A stretch of 54,822 nucleotides of DNA, taken from the IMG/VR virus record IMGVR_UViG_2703718791_000011. One strand, 5' to 3'. Position 1 is the stretch's first letter. Each line of letters starts with the position of its first letter. This document shows positions 10,185-20,080 of this stretch, piece after piece. The notes beneath the pieces were generated by a model. The model had not been told where the DNA came from. It saw only the letters and a list, made by a program, of their open reading frames with translations, and did no database searches. This DNA is from a virus (lineage: Duplodnaviria; Heunggongvirae; Uroviricota; Caudoviricetes). Position numbers and translations under genes: made by a program.

Positions 10185-11056
10185 CCACTTTAACCGACAA
10201 AGAACTGATTAAAGAAATCAAAGAGCGCATAGGTAGCCTGGATGTGAGAGACAATATTGAGCGCCGTGCTTATGAAATTGCTCTGGCATCACTGGAGGCA
10301 GAGCCAGTGGCAAAAATTATAGCTCACTACCCATTAGGAATTGACGTAGGCAAACAAAAGTTCGTACAGGCCATTGGAGAGCTTCCTGACTTTGGAGGAC
10401 ATCTATTCGCCGCTCCACCCGTTCCAGTAGTACCGGAAGAAAAACCAATGCCTAATCCTCTTAGCATGTACGCGGTTGATGCTGTTGCCGCTATTGCAGA
10501 GGTAAGAGGCTGGAACGCCTGCCGCGCCGCCATGCTTCAGTCCGGAAACTTTCGGGAAAACAAGAATTCGTCAACCAATAATTTTCGGGAAATCGCGGAA
10601 ACGTCAACCAACTATCCGGTAATTCCTAGTGAGGTGTTGTCCGCAATCTTGAAGGTTGCCAAGATTCGTGCCGATTTCGATGATTTTGACGGTGACAGGC
10701 GAGGTATCGGTGATTGTCTGGATGAGGCTGAGCAAGAGCTTATCGTTACCATTAACAAATATGCCAGTCAGTTGGCAGCAGAACCTATAGCGCCTAATGA
10801 CGTTCGAGAGCAGACAGCCATTCCGCAAGTTCCGGTAACTCCGGATGGTTGGATAAGCTGTAGTGAGCGAATGCCGGATACCAAAACAGCCGTTCTTGTT
10901 GCCAGGGAGTTTGACAGGAAAGGTGACTGGCGAATGAAATGGGCGACTTACATCCCGGGGCATCCTGACGCTAATGATGGGTGGGTAATACCTGGTGCGT
11001 CGTGGATTCCATCACACTGGATGCCGCTACCAGAACCGCCGCAGGAGGCGAAATGA
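10181..11056 (+). CDS. Hypothetical phage protein with DUF551-like C-terminus
   Basis: C-terminal W...IPSHWMPLPEPP pattern resembles DUF551 (from memory). Confidence 0.45.
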   Translation: MTTLTDKELIKEIKERIGSLDVRDNIERRAYEIALASLEAEPVAKIIAHYPLGIDVGKQKFVQAIGELPDFGGHLFAAPPVPVVPEEKPMPNPLSMYAVDAVAAIAEVRGWNACRAAMLQSGNFRENKNSSTNNFREIAETSTNYPVIPSEVLSAILKVAKIRADFDDFDGDRRGIGDCLDEAEQELIVTINKYASQLAAEPIAPNDVREQTAIPQVPVTPDGWISCSERMPDTKTAVLVAREFDRKGDWRMKWATYIPGHPDANDGWVIPGASWIPSHWMPLPEPPQEAK

Positions 11057-11313
11057 TGGATGTAAAAGAGAAGGTTTTGCAGGTGATGCGTTCCCGTGCT
11101 GCCCTACAAGAGAAAGCTCTCGGCGGTGAATATCCATTCACGATAGCAACCTGGAATCTGCGGTTGGCAATGGAGAAGGAATTTCCTGATGAAGAATGGC
11201 GCTCGGCAGATTTGCGCAAAATTCTTATGGAGCTGGCTAAAGACGGAACAGTATCCAAAGATACCCATGCCAGCCGGATTGGTCAGGCGGTATGGAGACT
11301 TGAGGTGCGGTAA
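11053..11313 (+). CDS. Hypothetical protein (86 aa)
   Basis: ORF 10981-11313 in track; start chosen at ATGATG overlapping upstream stop. Confidence 0.4.
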   Translation: MMDVKEKVLQVMRSRAALQEKALGGEYPFTIATWNLRLAMEKEFPDEEWRSADLRKILMELAKDGTVSKDTHASRIGQAVWRLEVR

Positions 11314-11389
11314 TGAGCTGGCCTGAAGCATTTGCGATTGTAGGCGTAGCTATGGCGATTGCCGCTATTTTTATCTTCTGGGGGTAACG

Positions 11390-11623
11390 ATGGGAAAATT
11401 AACTTTTGTTGTCGAATTTGAGGATGGCAAAGAGCCACCTGTTAGCGCCAATCTTGATGTTGCTGGTGGCAGGCTGGTTTCGGTTCTATTTGGTGATTAC
11501 CGCGACGACTTCTTTCAGCCTGAAGAAGTTGATGTAGTGCGAGAAGCATTAAACGAGCTAAGTGTTGATAACGATGATGCTCATGCGGAAATCATCAAAA
11601 AAATGGAACTGCTAACTCACTAA
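11390..11623 (+). CDS. Hypothetical acidic protein (77 aa)
   Basis: ORF track. Confidence 0.4.
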   Translation: MGKLTFVVEFEDGKEPPVSANLDVAGGRLVSVLFGDYRDDFFQPEEVDVVREALNELSVDNDDAHAEIIKKMELLTH

Positions 11624-11705
11624 ATTATCAATTATGGTGCTATCACCTACGACACCGAGAGAAAATTTATAATGTCAAAAGTAAATGTTTTGATTTTTTC
11701 AGCAA

Positions 11706-12095
11706 TTGTTGGCTTTGGTTTTACTGCCGGAGTGCAGATTTATATTGCGTGGGAAAAAATCATCAACTACGCATGGAGTTGTTTTATTAAGTGAGGTAAG
11801 TATGTGGAGAGGTAATAGTCATGGCAAAAGCCAGATGATACTTACCGAATATCAGTTTGACCATAAAACCAATAAATCACGTTCAGTATATTTGCTTCGG
11901 CACAATAGCCGCGTAAGGAATACCGTGCTGGAGCAAAATCTGACTGTTGAAATGGATAATTACGGTGGCTTCAAGCCAACAATTTCGCTTGATGATTTTC
12001 CTCGTGGTTTAAGCGAAAGAGAAGCAATGCTGAAATTAGCAGAATGGCTACAAAGATTAAGCATTGCTATTGAAGATAACTGGTCTGAACCTTAA
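11706..12095 (+). CDS. Hypothetical protein (start uncertain)
   Basis: ORF track. Confidence 0.35.
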   Translation: MLALVLLPECRFILRGKKSSTTHGVVLLSEVSMWRGNSHGKSQMILTEYQFDHKTNKSRSVYLLRHNSRVRNTVLEQNLTVEMDNYGGFKPTISLDDFPRGLSEREAMLKLAEWLQRLSIAIEDNWSEP

Positions 12096-12101
12096 ATTTA
12101 T

Positions 12102-12476
12102 ATGATGACACTAAAACATTTTCTTGACCGCCCATTATGGGCGGCAGCCGCAGGCTATGACTTTAATTATATGGATTGCATGTCTTATACTGCCAATGCA
12201 TACGACCATTCGTTCAGCCTGCTGTTTAATTCTTTAAGAATATTGCCGGAAACAGAAGTTGGAGAGCTTCATTTATGGCTATTGGGCTTTATCGCGGCTG
12301 TCGTTGGTATTGCTGTATGGCCTTTTATTTTCTGGCTGGTGGCTGTTGTAGTGTGGTTTAAGTGCAAGACGTACCGGAGAAAGTATTTCTTAGGTGATGG
12401 AATGACTGATATTGCCAAAATGAACATTGAAAAATGGACTAAGGAATGTGAAAAGAAATGGCGCAAAAAGAAATGA
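12102..12476 (+). CDS. Hypothetical membrane protein (one long hydrophobic segment)
   Basis: ORF track; LWLLGFIAAVVGIAVWPFIFWLVAVVVWF. Confidence 0.4.
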   Translation: MMTLKHFLDRPLWAAAAGYDFNYMDCMSYTANAYDHSFSLLFNSLRILPETEVGELHLWLLGFIAAVVGIAVWPFIFWLVAVVVWFKCKTYRRKYFLGDGMTDIAKMNIEKWTKECEKKWRKKK

Positions 12477-13390
12477 CCAGAATCACTGAAGAGCGTATAT
12501 CAGAGATTATTTCCCGTATCGAAATGTATGGTCACGGTGCTGGATATACGGCAGATGAAGTATTGGCACTTGCCCAAATGGTTTTGGCGGCTTGCAAAGA
12601 TGATAAAAAAATGAAGTTTATCGACTTGTTAGTGAAGGAGCTGCCTAAGTGCGGCGGGTGGCCTGATGGAATGAGTTATTGTTACCTACCCAGTGTCAAT
12701 TTAATGGCACCATGCGCGACTTTTGCTTTTGGCTCAGACCACAAAAAAGACACTTTCTTTGGGCGCAATTTTTGTTGTGATATTGAGCTTCCAATTGGTG
12801 ACCTTGATAGCGATGAATACCAGTCAGTTGTCACTCGCGAACAATACGAATCAGCTCTCATAGCGTCGCAGAAAGTCGAGTTCAATGGTGATGAACTTGA
12901 AAGTAAGACTTACAGGTTGGATTTTGGGCAATGGCTGGAACAGCAACGCGGGAAAATCGATGTGGACTGTGGTTGTGTGTCCACTGAAACATTCATGCAC
13001 TGGCTGCGGGTAGCTTACGAGGCTGGCAACTATCCGGATATTCCGGATAGTTCGGTGCCAGCGCCAGGAAAGGGCGTCACCGGTGAACGTATCCGCATTA
13101 AGCCGCATGTTTATCGCGAACTGGTTAACCGTCTCCACGATACAGCGATCAAGTGTGCTGGCACCCAGCAATTACGAGAAAGAATTAGCCGTGTTTTGGG
13201 CGACGTTATTACGCCATATCATCATAAACAAGCCGAGAAAAGCGGTCTGGAAAGGTGTCATCTTGAGGCAGCATTAAACATTAAGCCGGGGCATACGCTT
13301 GGCATTATTGATGCACTGTTGGTTCATAAGATGGCCATGGCTTTATTGTCGTTGGTGGACGCTGGTGATACAAGCGAGGGTGAAGTATGA
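12458..13390 (+). CDS. Hypothetical protein (310 aa)
   Basis: ORF track. Confidence 0.45.
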   Translation: MAQKEMTRITEERISEIISRIEMYGHGAGYTADEVLALAQMVLAACKDDKKMKFIDLLVKELPKCGGWPDGMSYCYLPSVNLMAPCATFAFGSDHKKDTFFGRNFCCDIELPIGDLDSDEYQSVVTREQYESALIASQKVEFNGDELESKTYRLDFGQWLEQQRGKIDVDCGCVSTETFMHWLRVAYEAGNYPDIPDSSVPAPGKGVTGERIRIKPHVYRELVNRLHDTAIKCAGTQQLRERISRVLGDVITPYHHKQAEKSGLERCHLEAALNIKPGHTLGIIDALLVHKMAMALLSLVDAGDTSEGEV

Positions 13391-13749
13391 GAGTTGCAGA
13401 TCACATCAAACACCTTGAAAGAATTATCGAAAACGGTGAACTCTTAAGAGATCAGATGAGACGCACGGCAGAAGCCAGGGAGGCGATAATCCGCAGTCAG
13501 GCTGGTAAATTAAAGCAATTGTCAGAGATTAACACGCTATACAAGAACAGACGTAACCGGGCGGTGATGCGGCTTCAGAAAGCACGTAATGAAATTAAAT
13601 TGGTGGAGGCAAAACTGAAAAAACAGATCCAGCGTTACGATCAGCAAGATGCTTTTTATGCCGCCATCAAGGCGGCTGCTAATGAAATAGGCATCTGGAA
13701 GTTGCTGGTGGAGAAAGCAAAGACGAAGTTAAATGCCAACGAAAGCTGA
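13387..13749 (+). CDS. Hypothetical coiled-coil protein (120 aa)
   Basis: ORF track; overlapping start/stop with upstream gene. Confidence 0.45.
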   Translation: MRVADHIKHLERIIENGELLRDQMRRTAEAREAIIRSQAGKLKQLSEINTLYKNRRNRAVMRLQKARNEIKLVEAKLKKQIQRYDQQDAFYAAIKAAANEIGIWKLLVEKAKTKLNANES

Positions 13750-13824
13750 ACTACAGGTGCCCACCAGCACATACAGAAAATGATTGTTTCCACATCAAGG
13801 AGATTTTAATGTTTCACTGAAACA

Positions 13825-13962
13825 TTAAGTAAGCCAGTGCATAATTCCATTTTTTACTGACCTTAAAAGCAAAATCAAAACGATGATGAGGATAATAGCC
13901 AGAATCTGGCTAATAATAGGCGCATCTAAAAATGCACTCAGGAACTGAAAAAAAGCGTTCAT
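13825..13962 (-). CDS. Candidate small hydrophobic peptide (45 aa, MNAFFQFLSAFLDAPIISQILAIILIIVLILLLRSVKNGIMHWLT)
   Basis: Own translation of the minus strand; AAGGAA-like RBS upstream; too short for the ORF track. Confidence 0.3.
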   Translation of the reverse strand: MNAFFQFLSAFLDAPIISQILAIILIIVLILLLRSVKNGIMHWLT

Positions 13963-14824
13963 TCAGGTGGTTCCTTGTCAAATGTAAAGGTGCACTTGCT
14001 CACGTTGACGTAGAAACCCAACCCCTATATAGTTGGATTCGGTGAATGAAAGTCGTTAACGTGAGCTTACGGCACATGTTTTCGGAAAAACATCAGGGAA
14101 CGGCTAATTCCTTGATGCGGGTGGGGTCTGTAATGCAGACCCTATCTATTAACGTCATGATTGCATCTCAAATTTTCTCCTTATCTTCAATTAATCTACA
14201 TTCATTTCATCTGTTAGCCACCACAATATGTAGAAAATGGCCCTCTTGCAAGTGCATAACTTTGTGGATAACTCAGGAAGGAAAAAGTGGCTTTCGCGCA
14301 CCTTCGGTCAGACAAGGTGTCCGGGAAAGTCAACGCAAAGAAAAAAATTGTTAAAAATAACGTTTGTTGGAATTGTATATTTCTATCCCCTTCAATGGTT
14401 AGCATTCTATTAACATCTTTTTTTAGAGACAGAAAAACATATCGTAACAACATATATACAGTATTAAGAGGCGAGTATTATCCTGCGGTGGGAATTCTGG
14501 GTGCTGTTAGATTCGACTTTCTCAGCAGGATTACATCGTCAACTTGCGACGTTGCCGTATGACTTTCGTGTAATAGGTGACAATGATGCGGCTAGTGAGT
14601 TACTTGTGAAGTTTTTCGGAAAAGGTTTTGTGGCCTCGGATCTTGATGAGCTACAGCAACATGAAGTGTCTAATTTGATTTTTAGCCATAGCCAATAAGC
14701 CTCCCTCCTCCATCAAGGCCACAATTTGTGACCTTAAACAATTTGTTTTCTGCTTTTTCTTATTTGAGGAAATAACGTTGTTGACAGCTAATAGGCTCGT
14801 TGTTGTTATACATGCCTGTATAGA

Positions 14825-15181
14825 TTATGACCGTAAATTATTAGCGGATTTTAAGCCATATTCACCGTTGTAGAAATTACTCATGTTCCATTCATTAGGA
14901 AGTTCTTTTCTGTCCAATGTATAGTGGCGCACGATATAACGATCTTCATCTTCTTCGATGGACAGGCGGACATAGCCAATGTGAATCACCGATACGGGCG
15001 GTGTTCGTATTGCATAGATGTCGCGGAGATATACCGGCAGCTCGACAAATGCATCAGGTGCATCTGTGATGCTCGTTTTTTCACAGTATTCATATAACGC
15101 ATCGTTGATATCGTTAAGAGATTCATGATCGTATATTTCCAGGTAATTACCGCGATCACGATGGTACTCGATTTTAGCCAT
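14825..15181 (-). CDS. Hypothetical protein (118 aa)
   Basis: ORF track; directly abuts the upstream gene. Confidence 0.45.
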   Translation of the reverse strand: MAKIEYHRDRGNYLEIYDHESLNDINDALYEYCEKTSITDAPDAFVELPVYLRDIYAIRTPPVSVIHIGYVRLSIEEDEDRYIVRHYTLDRKELPNEWNMSNFYNGEYGLKSANNLRS

Positions 15182-15766
15182 TCAAAATCCCCTGTTATCG
15201 TTTTGCATTTCTCTAATCCGGTTCAGAACTACTTCGTGCTGGACTTGGATAGCGGCTTTTTCGTTTTCAAGCCGGGCAATAGACATCTCTAATTCTTTGC
15301 TGTACCAGGCGAGCTGGGCCAGGTTCATCCGGTTGTGGTCGAGAGTTGGAGACACTTCGACGCGATCCCTTTCTTCCTGCTTTAATGAGAAGAGATTTAT
15401 CTCATCCCTTGAGGAAAATTCAGCAACAATTTCTTGTTGATGATCCGGTCGCTGCGGCATCCTCGCCAGTATAAATGGCGGTTCTTTTGAAAACATGAAT
15501 GTCGGTTCAGACCGTGTTTTTACCCAGCTTGCCTGCTGTCTTTCGGCAAGTTCACAGGCTTCATCATAGTTATCTGCCAAACAAAGCACGGATGGACGGT
15601 CCCACGCCCCACCATTCAGACAATAAACTACAATTTTCCCGTCAGGTTGTGTAACCCCATATGGATGGTCCCACCAGGCGTCCAGCTGAGCTTTAGAGCG
15701 TTTCTCGTTAGGAGTGCAGTCAAAATTTTTGGGCAATACAGGATCGAGAGGAATGCGATTAGGCAT
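15182..15766 (-). CDS. Hypothetical protein (194 aa)
   Basis: ORF track. Confidence 0.45.
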   Translation of the reverse strand: MPNRIPLDPVLPKNFDCTPNEKRSKAQLDAWWDHPYGVTQPDGKIVVYCLNGGAWDRPSVLCLADNYDEACELAERQQASWVKTRSEPTFMFSKEPPFILARMPQRPDHQQEIVAEFSSRDEINLFSLKQEERDRVEVSPTLDHNRMNLAQLAWYSKELEMSIARLENEKAAIQVQHEVVLNRIREMQNDNRGF

Positions 15767-15901
15767 AGCTAATTCCTTATTAACTGATTGGCAACGAGGT
15801 TACGCTGATCCGTTGGTGATGAATAGTAGCAAAGAGCACAAAATCATCAGCGGTGGTTGATGTACGTAACGCGTTTGCACCAAAGGTGTCTCTTTAATGT
15901 A

Positions 15902-15921
15902 TACTGTATAAATGAACAGTA
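15902..15921 (+). promoter_or_regulatory. LexA (SOS) box TACTGTATAAATGAACAGTA upstream of humD
   Basis: Matches CTGT-N8-ACAG consensus exactly; about 20 bp upstream of the humD start. Confidence 0.8.
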
Positions 15922-15940
15922 TTATTGAGGTGAAAACGCT

Positions 15941-16330
15941 ATGGGCTTCCCTTCTCCTGCGGCGGATTATGTTGAAAGCCGAATTTCTCTTGATCAGCAA
16001 CTAATCAGGCATCCATCAGCAACCTACTTCATGCGGGCAGCTGATAGCCATCACCGTGAGGGAATATTGCAGGGTGCTTTGCTGGTGGTTGATTCCTCGC
16101 TTACTCCGGTTGATGGTTCTCTGCTTGTGTGCGCTATGGAGGGTGAATATCGCATAAAGAGATACAGGAAGTATCCGCGCCAGCACCTGGAGGATTTAAG
16201 CACCGGGAAGAAAGAGGCGTTACCAGTAGATGACGATGGATACACGGGCAGTAATGCTGTTTTTGGTGTGATCACTCATGTCATCAATGATGCCCGAAGT
16301 GGGGAATTTGATGATTGTCCGGTTATTTAA
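15941..16330 (+). CDS. humD: HumD, UmuD'-like S24-peptidase-family translesion synthesis accessory protein
   Basis: ORF track; UmuD-like C-terminal domain; LexA box upstream; P1 synteny with phd-doc. Confidence 0.75.
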   Translation: MGFPSPAADYVESRISLDQQLIRHPSATYFMRAADSHHREGILQGALLVVDSSLTPVDGSLLVCAMEGEYRIKRYRKYPRQHLEDLSTGKKEALPVDDDGYTGSNAVFGVITHVINDARSGEFDDCPVI

Positions 16331-16402
16331 GCTGCAAAGTGCTGGTGCTTTATGCCTGTGAAGTTTATAATTGTGTACACATAACGAGTACACGAGGTGT
16401 TT

Positions 16403-16624
16403 ATGCAATCCATTAACTTCCGTACCGCGCGTGGCAACCTTTCTGAAGTGCTCAACAATGTTGAAGCCGGGGAAGAGGTTGAAATCACCCGCAGAGGCCG
16501 TGAGCCAGCAGTAATTGTCAGCAAGGCTACTTTCGAAGCCTACAAAAAAGCGGCGCTGGATGCTGAATTTGCATCCCTGTTTGACACCCTGGACTCCACC
16601 AACAAGGAACTGGTTAACCGATAA
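16403..16624 (+). CDS. phd: Phd antitoxin (prevent host death)
   Basis: Sequence [49 protein letters not shown]... matches P1 Phd as I recall it. Confidence 0.9.
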
Positions 16625-17004
16625 TGAGGCATATATCACCGGAAGAACTTATTGCGCTTCATGATGCGAATATAAGCCGCTACGGCGGCCTGCCGGGAAT
16701 GTCTGATCCGGGTAGGGCAGAGGCCATTATCGGGAGAGTTCAGGCCAGAGTTGCCTACGAAGAGATCACCGACCTTTTCGAAGTCTCCGCCACCTACCTG
16801 GTGGCTACAGCGAGAGGGCATATATTCAATGATGCCAATAAGCGTACCGCGCTAAACAGTGCGCTGTTATTTCTACGCCGTAACGGGGTGCAGGTATTTG
16901 ATTCACCTGAACTGGCAGACCTTACCGTAGGGGCTGCGACCGGAGAGATATCTGTATCTTCTGTCGCCGACACGTTACGTAGATTGTATGGTTCCGCAGA
17001 GTAG
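16624..17004 (+). CDS. doc: Doc toxin (death on curing; Fic-fold kinase)
   Basis: 126 aa, overlapping start with phd stop; sequence matches P1 Doc from memory. Confidence 0.9.
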
Positions 17005-17008
17005 ATTA

Positions 17009-17188
17009 ATGGCACGTAAATACAACAAATTGTCCCGTGAAGCGTTAAAGATGCTTCTTGATGGCGTGAGTCGCCGCGAGGTAAAGCAATACCTGGTTGG
17101 TAAGCAAATTGGTGCCAGGACCGCTATTGCTGTGTTATGCCGTCAGGAAATGGTTGTGCTTAAACAGAGAATGCCGGGCAGCAGATAA
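17009..17188 (+). CDS. Small hypothetical protein
   Basis: ORF 16988-17188 in track; internal ATG avoids overlap with doc. Confidence 0.3.
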   Translation: MARKYNKLSREALKMLLDGVSRREVKQYLVGKQIGARTAIAVLCRQEMVVLKQRMPGSR

Positions 17189-17215
17189 AGCCCAATCAGT
17201 GATGAAAGGTGTGAT

Positions 17216-18259
17216 GTGAAAGCCGTAATTACTCCCTTTGTACAAAAAGAGCTTGGCGTCGCCACATTCAAAGTGGATCAGGAAGTCAGAAAGCTGGTGG
17301 AGGCTGGCCGTAAATTTATTATGGAGCCGGTGCCGCGTGAGTTAATCGAGCACATGGACGACGGCCTCGTTGTTTCCGAGCAGACTATGGCAACAAATGA
17401 GGCGTTGCAGCCGTTTTTTAACAGCGATGAACTGTTTCGCCGTATTGGTGGAATTGACGCGCTGGTGGCGTGGTTGCGTAGGAAAGAGGGTCAATGCCAG
17501 GCCGCAGATCGTAGTTGGTGTGACAACCATATTGTCCACGCTGAACGAGACAATAGCGCGGTGTTGTTGTGCTGGCATCACGATAACCATTACCGGATGC
17601 GTGGTTTTAATGAGCTGAAAGAAACGCTGCATAATAATCGCGTTAACTGGATACTGGATGTCGCCCGTCAGGAAATGGGGCTTTCAGATGGCCATGATTT
17701 AAGTATTCAGGAACTGTGCTGGTGGGCTTTCATGCGCAACATGATGCACCTGATGCCGGAAGAAGTTTGCCGTATATCAATAAATAAGATGAAAGCCGCA
17801 ACGCAGGATAGCGGACCTCTGAAAGAGGCGGATATTCGCCCGTATGACGATCGCGCTACAGCATATGTTCAGATGATGGAAGAACGCGCCGCGCCGATGC
17901 GTGCAAAAGTATGCCCTGTGGATGTTGACTCCGACCCTGGCATGGCGCATTTCAAAATACCAAAACTTCAATCGCTAAAATTGCCCGAGTACATGGATTT
18001 TGTGGCTTCCCGTCCATGCTGTGGCTGTGGAGCTGCGGGAGCTGGCGCTCACATTACGCCTTATATCGTTCGTCATAGTCGATTATGCGCGCATGACATT
18101 TATGCTATTCCTCTGTGCCAGTCATGCCAGCGTGATATTGAGCGTGACCGCGATAATTGGGAGAAGACGCACGGTAGGCTGGCGATGCATCAACGATTGT
18201 TCTTTGATTACGCGCTTGGAGTCGGCGCTATCACAAGTCATTCGTCGAGCGTTAGATAA
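17216..18259 (+). CDS. Hypothetical protein (347 aa) with C-terminal Cys/His-rich region
   Basis: ORF track. Confidence 0.5.
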   Translation: MKAVITPFVQKELGVATFKVDQEVRKLVEAGRKFIMEPVPRELIEHMDDGLVVSEQTMATNEALQPFFNSDELFRRIGGIDALVAWLRRKEGQCQAADRSWCDNHIVHAERDNSAVLLCWHHDNHYRMRGFNELKETLHNNRVNWILDVARQEMGLSDGHDLSIQELCWWAFMRNMMHLMPEEVCRISINKMKAATQDSGPLKEADIRPYDDRATAYVQMMEERAAPMRAKVCPVDVDSDPGMAHFKIPKLQSLKLPEYMDFVASRPCCGCGAAGAGAHITPYIVRHSRLCAHDIYAIPLCQSCQRDIERDRDNWEKTHGRLAMHQRLFFDYALGVGAITSHSSSVR

Positions 18260-18260
18260 A

Positions 18261-18277
18261 ATTGCTCTAATGTATTG
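18261..18277 (+). promoter_or_regulatory. C1 operator-like site (ATTGCTCTAATGTATTG)
   Basis: Consensus match immediately after the stop of 17216-18259. Confidence 0.45.
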
Positions 18278-18347
18278 CTATTTCTTTAATCGAGGGTATT
18301 ATATTCGACGTTGATTAGTTGACATGGGCTAATCAGTAGGTGACAGG

Positions 18348-18800
18348 ATGTTACTTAACTGGCAGGGACGCCACTTCATGGAAATAAATCACTCACGAAT
18401 AACATCGTACGAGATTGCGGATTACATGATCCGCACTAAATCTCTTCTATCAGCGAAAGAACTCGCAGCAATTCTTGAAAAGGAATACCCGCATCTGGAT
18501 GTCGATAAGCGCGATGTTTATCTGCGCTTAAAGGCTATCGCTGTGTCTAAGTATTCGTCTGTTTTGATTGATGACAGTACACGCCCACGTAGATTTCAGA
18601 TCCACTCTCTGAATCCTGAATTCTTTCGCCGCAGCCGCGCTCCGCGCCGGTTTGATGAAAAACTCCAGAACGAACTCTATATGACGCAGGACGAAAAGGA
18701 ACGCCGGGAGCACCAGCCTTGGGTGATGGCGCGTCAACTTTTCAATAAGGTGGTCCGTCAGCACCGTCATTACGGTAATGCCACATCCGCACGTATCTGA
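18348..18800 (+). CDS. Hypothetical protein (150 aa)
   Basis: ORF track. Confidence 0.4.
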   Translation: MLLNWQGRHFMEINHSRITSYEIADYMIRTKSLLSAKELAAILEKEYPHLDVDKRDVYLRLKAIAVSKYSSVLIDDSTRPRRFQIHSLNPEFFRRSRAPRRFDEKLQNELYMTQDEKERREHQPWVMARQLFNKVVRQHRHYGNATSARI

Positions 18801-18886
18801 TTGATTGCTTGCCCGTTCCGGGCCTTTTGACATGTGACTTTCGTTACCCTCGCGTCAAAAAGAGTTTTATACGAAAGGAAGCATAA

Positions 18887-20080
18887 GTGACCTGGGACGA
18901 TCACAAGAAGAATTTTGCTCGCCTGGCGCGAGATGGTGGTTACACCATCGCACAGTATGCCGCCGAGTTTAATCTTAACCCTAATACCGCACGTCGTTAT
19001 CTCCGTGCCTTCAAAGAAGACACCAGGACAGCGGACAGCCGCAAGCCAAATAAGCCAGTCAGGAAGCCTCTAAAAAGCATGATCATTGATCACGCTAATG
19101 ATCAACGTGCAGGTGATCACATTGTGGCTGAAATGGCTGAAAAACAAAGAGTTAATGCTGTTGTCAGTGCCGCAGTCGAGAACGCTAAGCGCCAAAATAA
19201 GCGCATAAATGATCGTTCTGATGATCATGACGTGATCACCCGCGCCCACCGTACCTTACGTGATCGCCTGGAACGCGACACCCTGGATGATGATGGTGAA
19301 CGCTTTGAATTCGAAGCTGGCGATTACCTGATAGATAACGTTGAAGCGCGGAAGGCCGCGCGCGCTATGTTGCGTCGGTCCGGGGCCGATGTTCTGGAAA
19401 CCACTCTTCTGGAAAAGTCTCTTTCTCATCTCCTTATGCTGGAGAACGCCAGGGATACGTGTATTCGTCTGGTGCAGGAAATGCGCGATCAGCAAAAAGA
19501 CGATGATGAAGGTACTCCGCCTGAATACCGTATCGCGAGCATGCTAAACAGCTGTTCCGCGCAGATAAGCAGCCTGATCAACACCATTTACAGCATCCGG
19601 AATAACTATCGAAAAGAAAGCCGGGAGGCGGAAAAGCACGCTTTGTCTATGGGGCAAGCTGGCATTGTTAAGCTGGCATACGAACGAAAGCGTGAAAATA
19701 ACTGGTCAGTGCTGGAAGCAGCTGAATTCATCGAGGCGCATGGCGGGAAAGTGCCGCCCCTGATGCTGGAGCAAATCAAAGCCGATCTGCGTGCTCCGAA
19801 GACCAATACCGATGATGAGGAAAGGCAAACAGCCGTCGGTGGCCCTTCTCTTGAAGATCTGGACAAAGTTGCGCGAGAACGGGCCGCCAACCGCCGCGCC
19901 GATGCCGCATTGTGGATTGAGCAGCGTAGGGAAGAAATCGCCGATATCGTTGATACAGGCGGTTATGGAGATGTTGATACTGAAGATGTATCAAACGAAC
20001 CATGGCTGGAACAAGACCTGGACGAAGACGAGGAGGAAGACGAAGAAGTTACCCGCAAGCTATACGGGGATGATGATTAA
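18887..20080 (+). CDS. pacA: PacA, small terminase/pacase subunit (GTG start)
   Basis: 397 aa, matching P1 PacA length; contains the GATC-rich pac site; acidic C-terminus. Confidence 0.85.
   Translation: MTWDDHKKNFARLARDGGYTIAQYAAEFNLNPNTARRYLRAFKEDTRTADSRKPNKPVRKPLKSMIIDHANDQRAGDHIVAEMAEKQRVNAVVSAAVENAKRQNKRINDRSDDHDVITRAHRTLRDRLERDTLDDDGERFEFEAGDYLIDNVEARKAARAMLRRSGADVLETTLLEKSLSHLLMLENARDTCIRLVQEMRDQQKDDDEGTPPEYRIASMLNSCSAQISSLINTIYSIRNNYRKESREAEKHALSMGQAGIVKLAYERKRENNWSVLEAAEFIEAHGGKVPPLMLEQIKADLRAPKTNTDDEERQTAVGGPSLEDLDKVARERAANRRADAALWIEQRREEIADIVDTGGYGDVDTEDVSNEPWLEQDLDEDEEEDEEVTRKLYGDDD
19078..19250 (+). promoter_or_regulatory. pac packaging site: two clusters of TGATCA/G hexamers (Dam sites) flanking the cleavage region
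   Basis: GATC repeats at about 19081-19118 and 19210-19245 inside pacA; matches the P1 pac architecture from memory. Confidence 0.8.

Noticed and set aside
10550-10620. Short direct repeats (TTTCGGGAAA and GTCAACCAA) as possible iterons
   Set aside because: They fall inside the coding region 10181-11056 and encode a repeated NFRE peptide; more likely a coding repeat than a replication origin.
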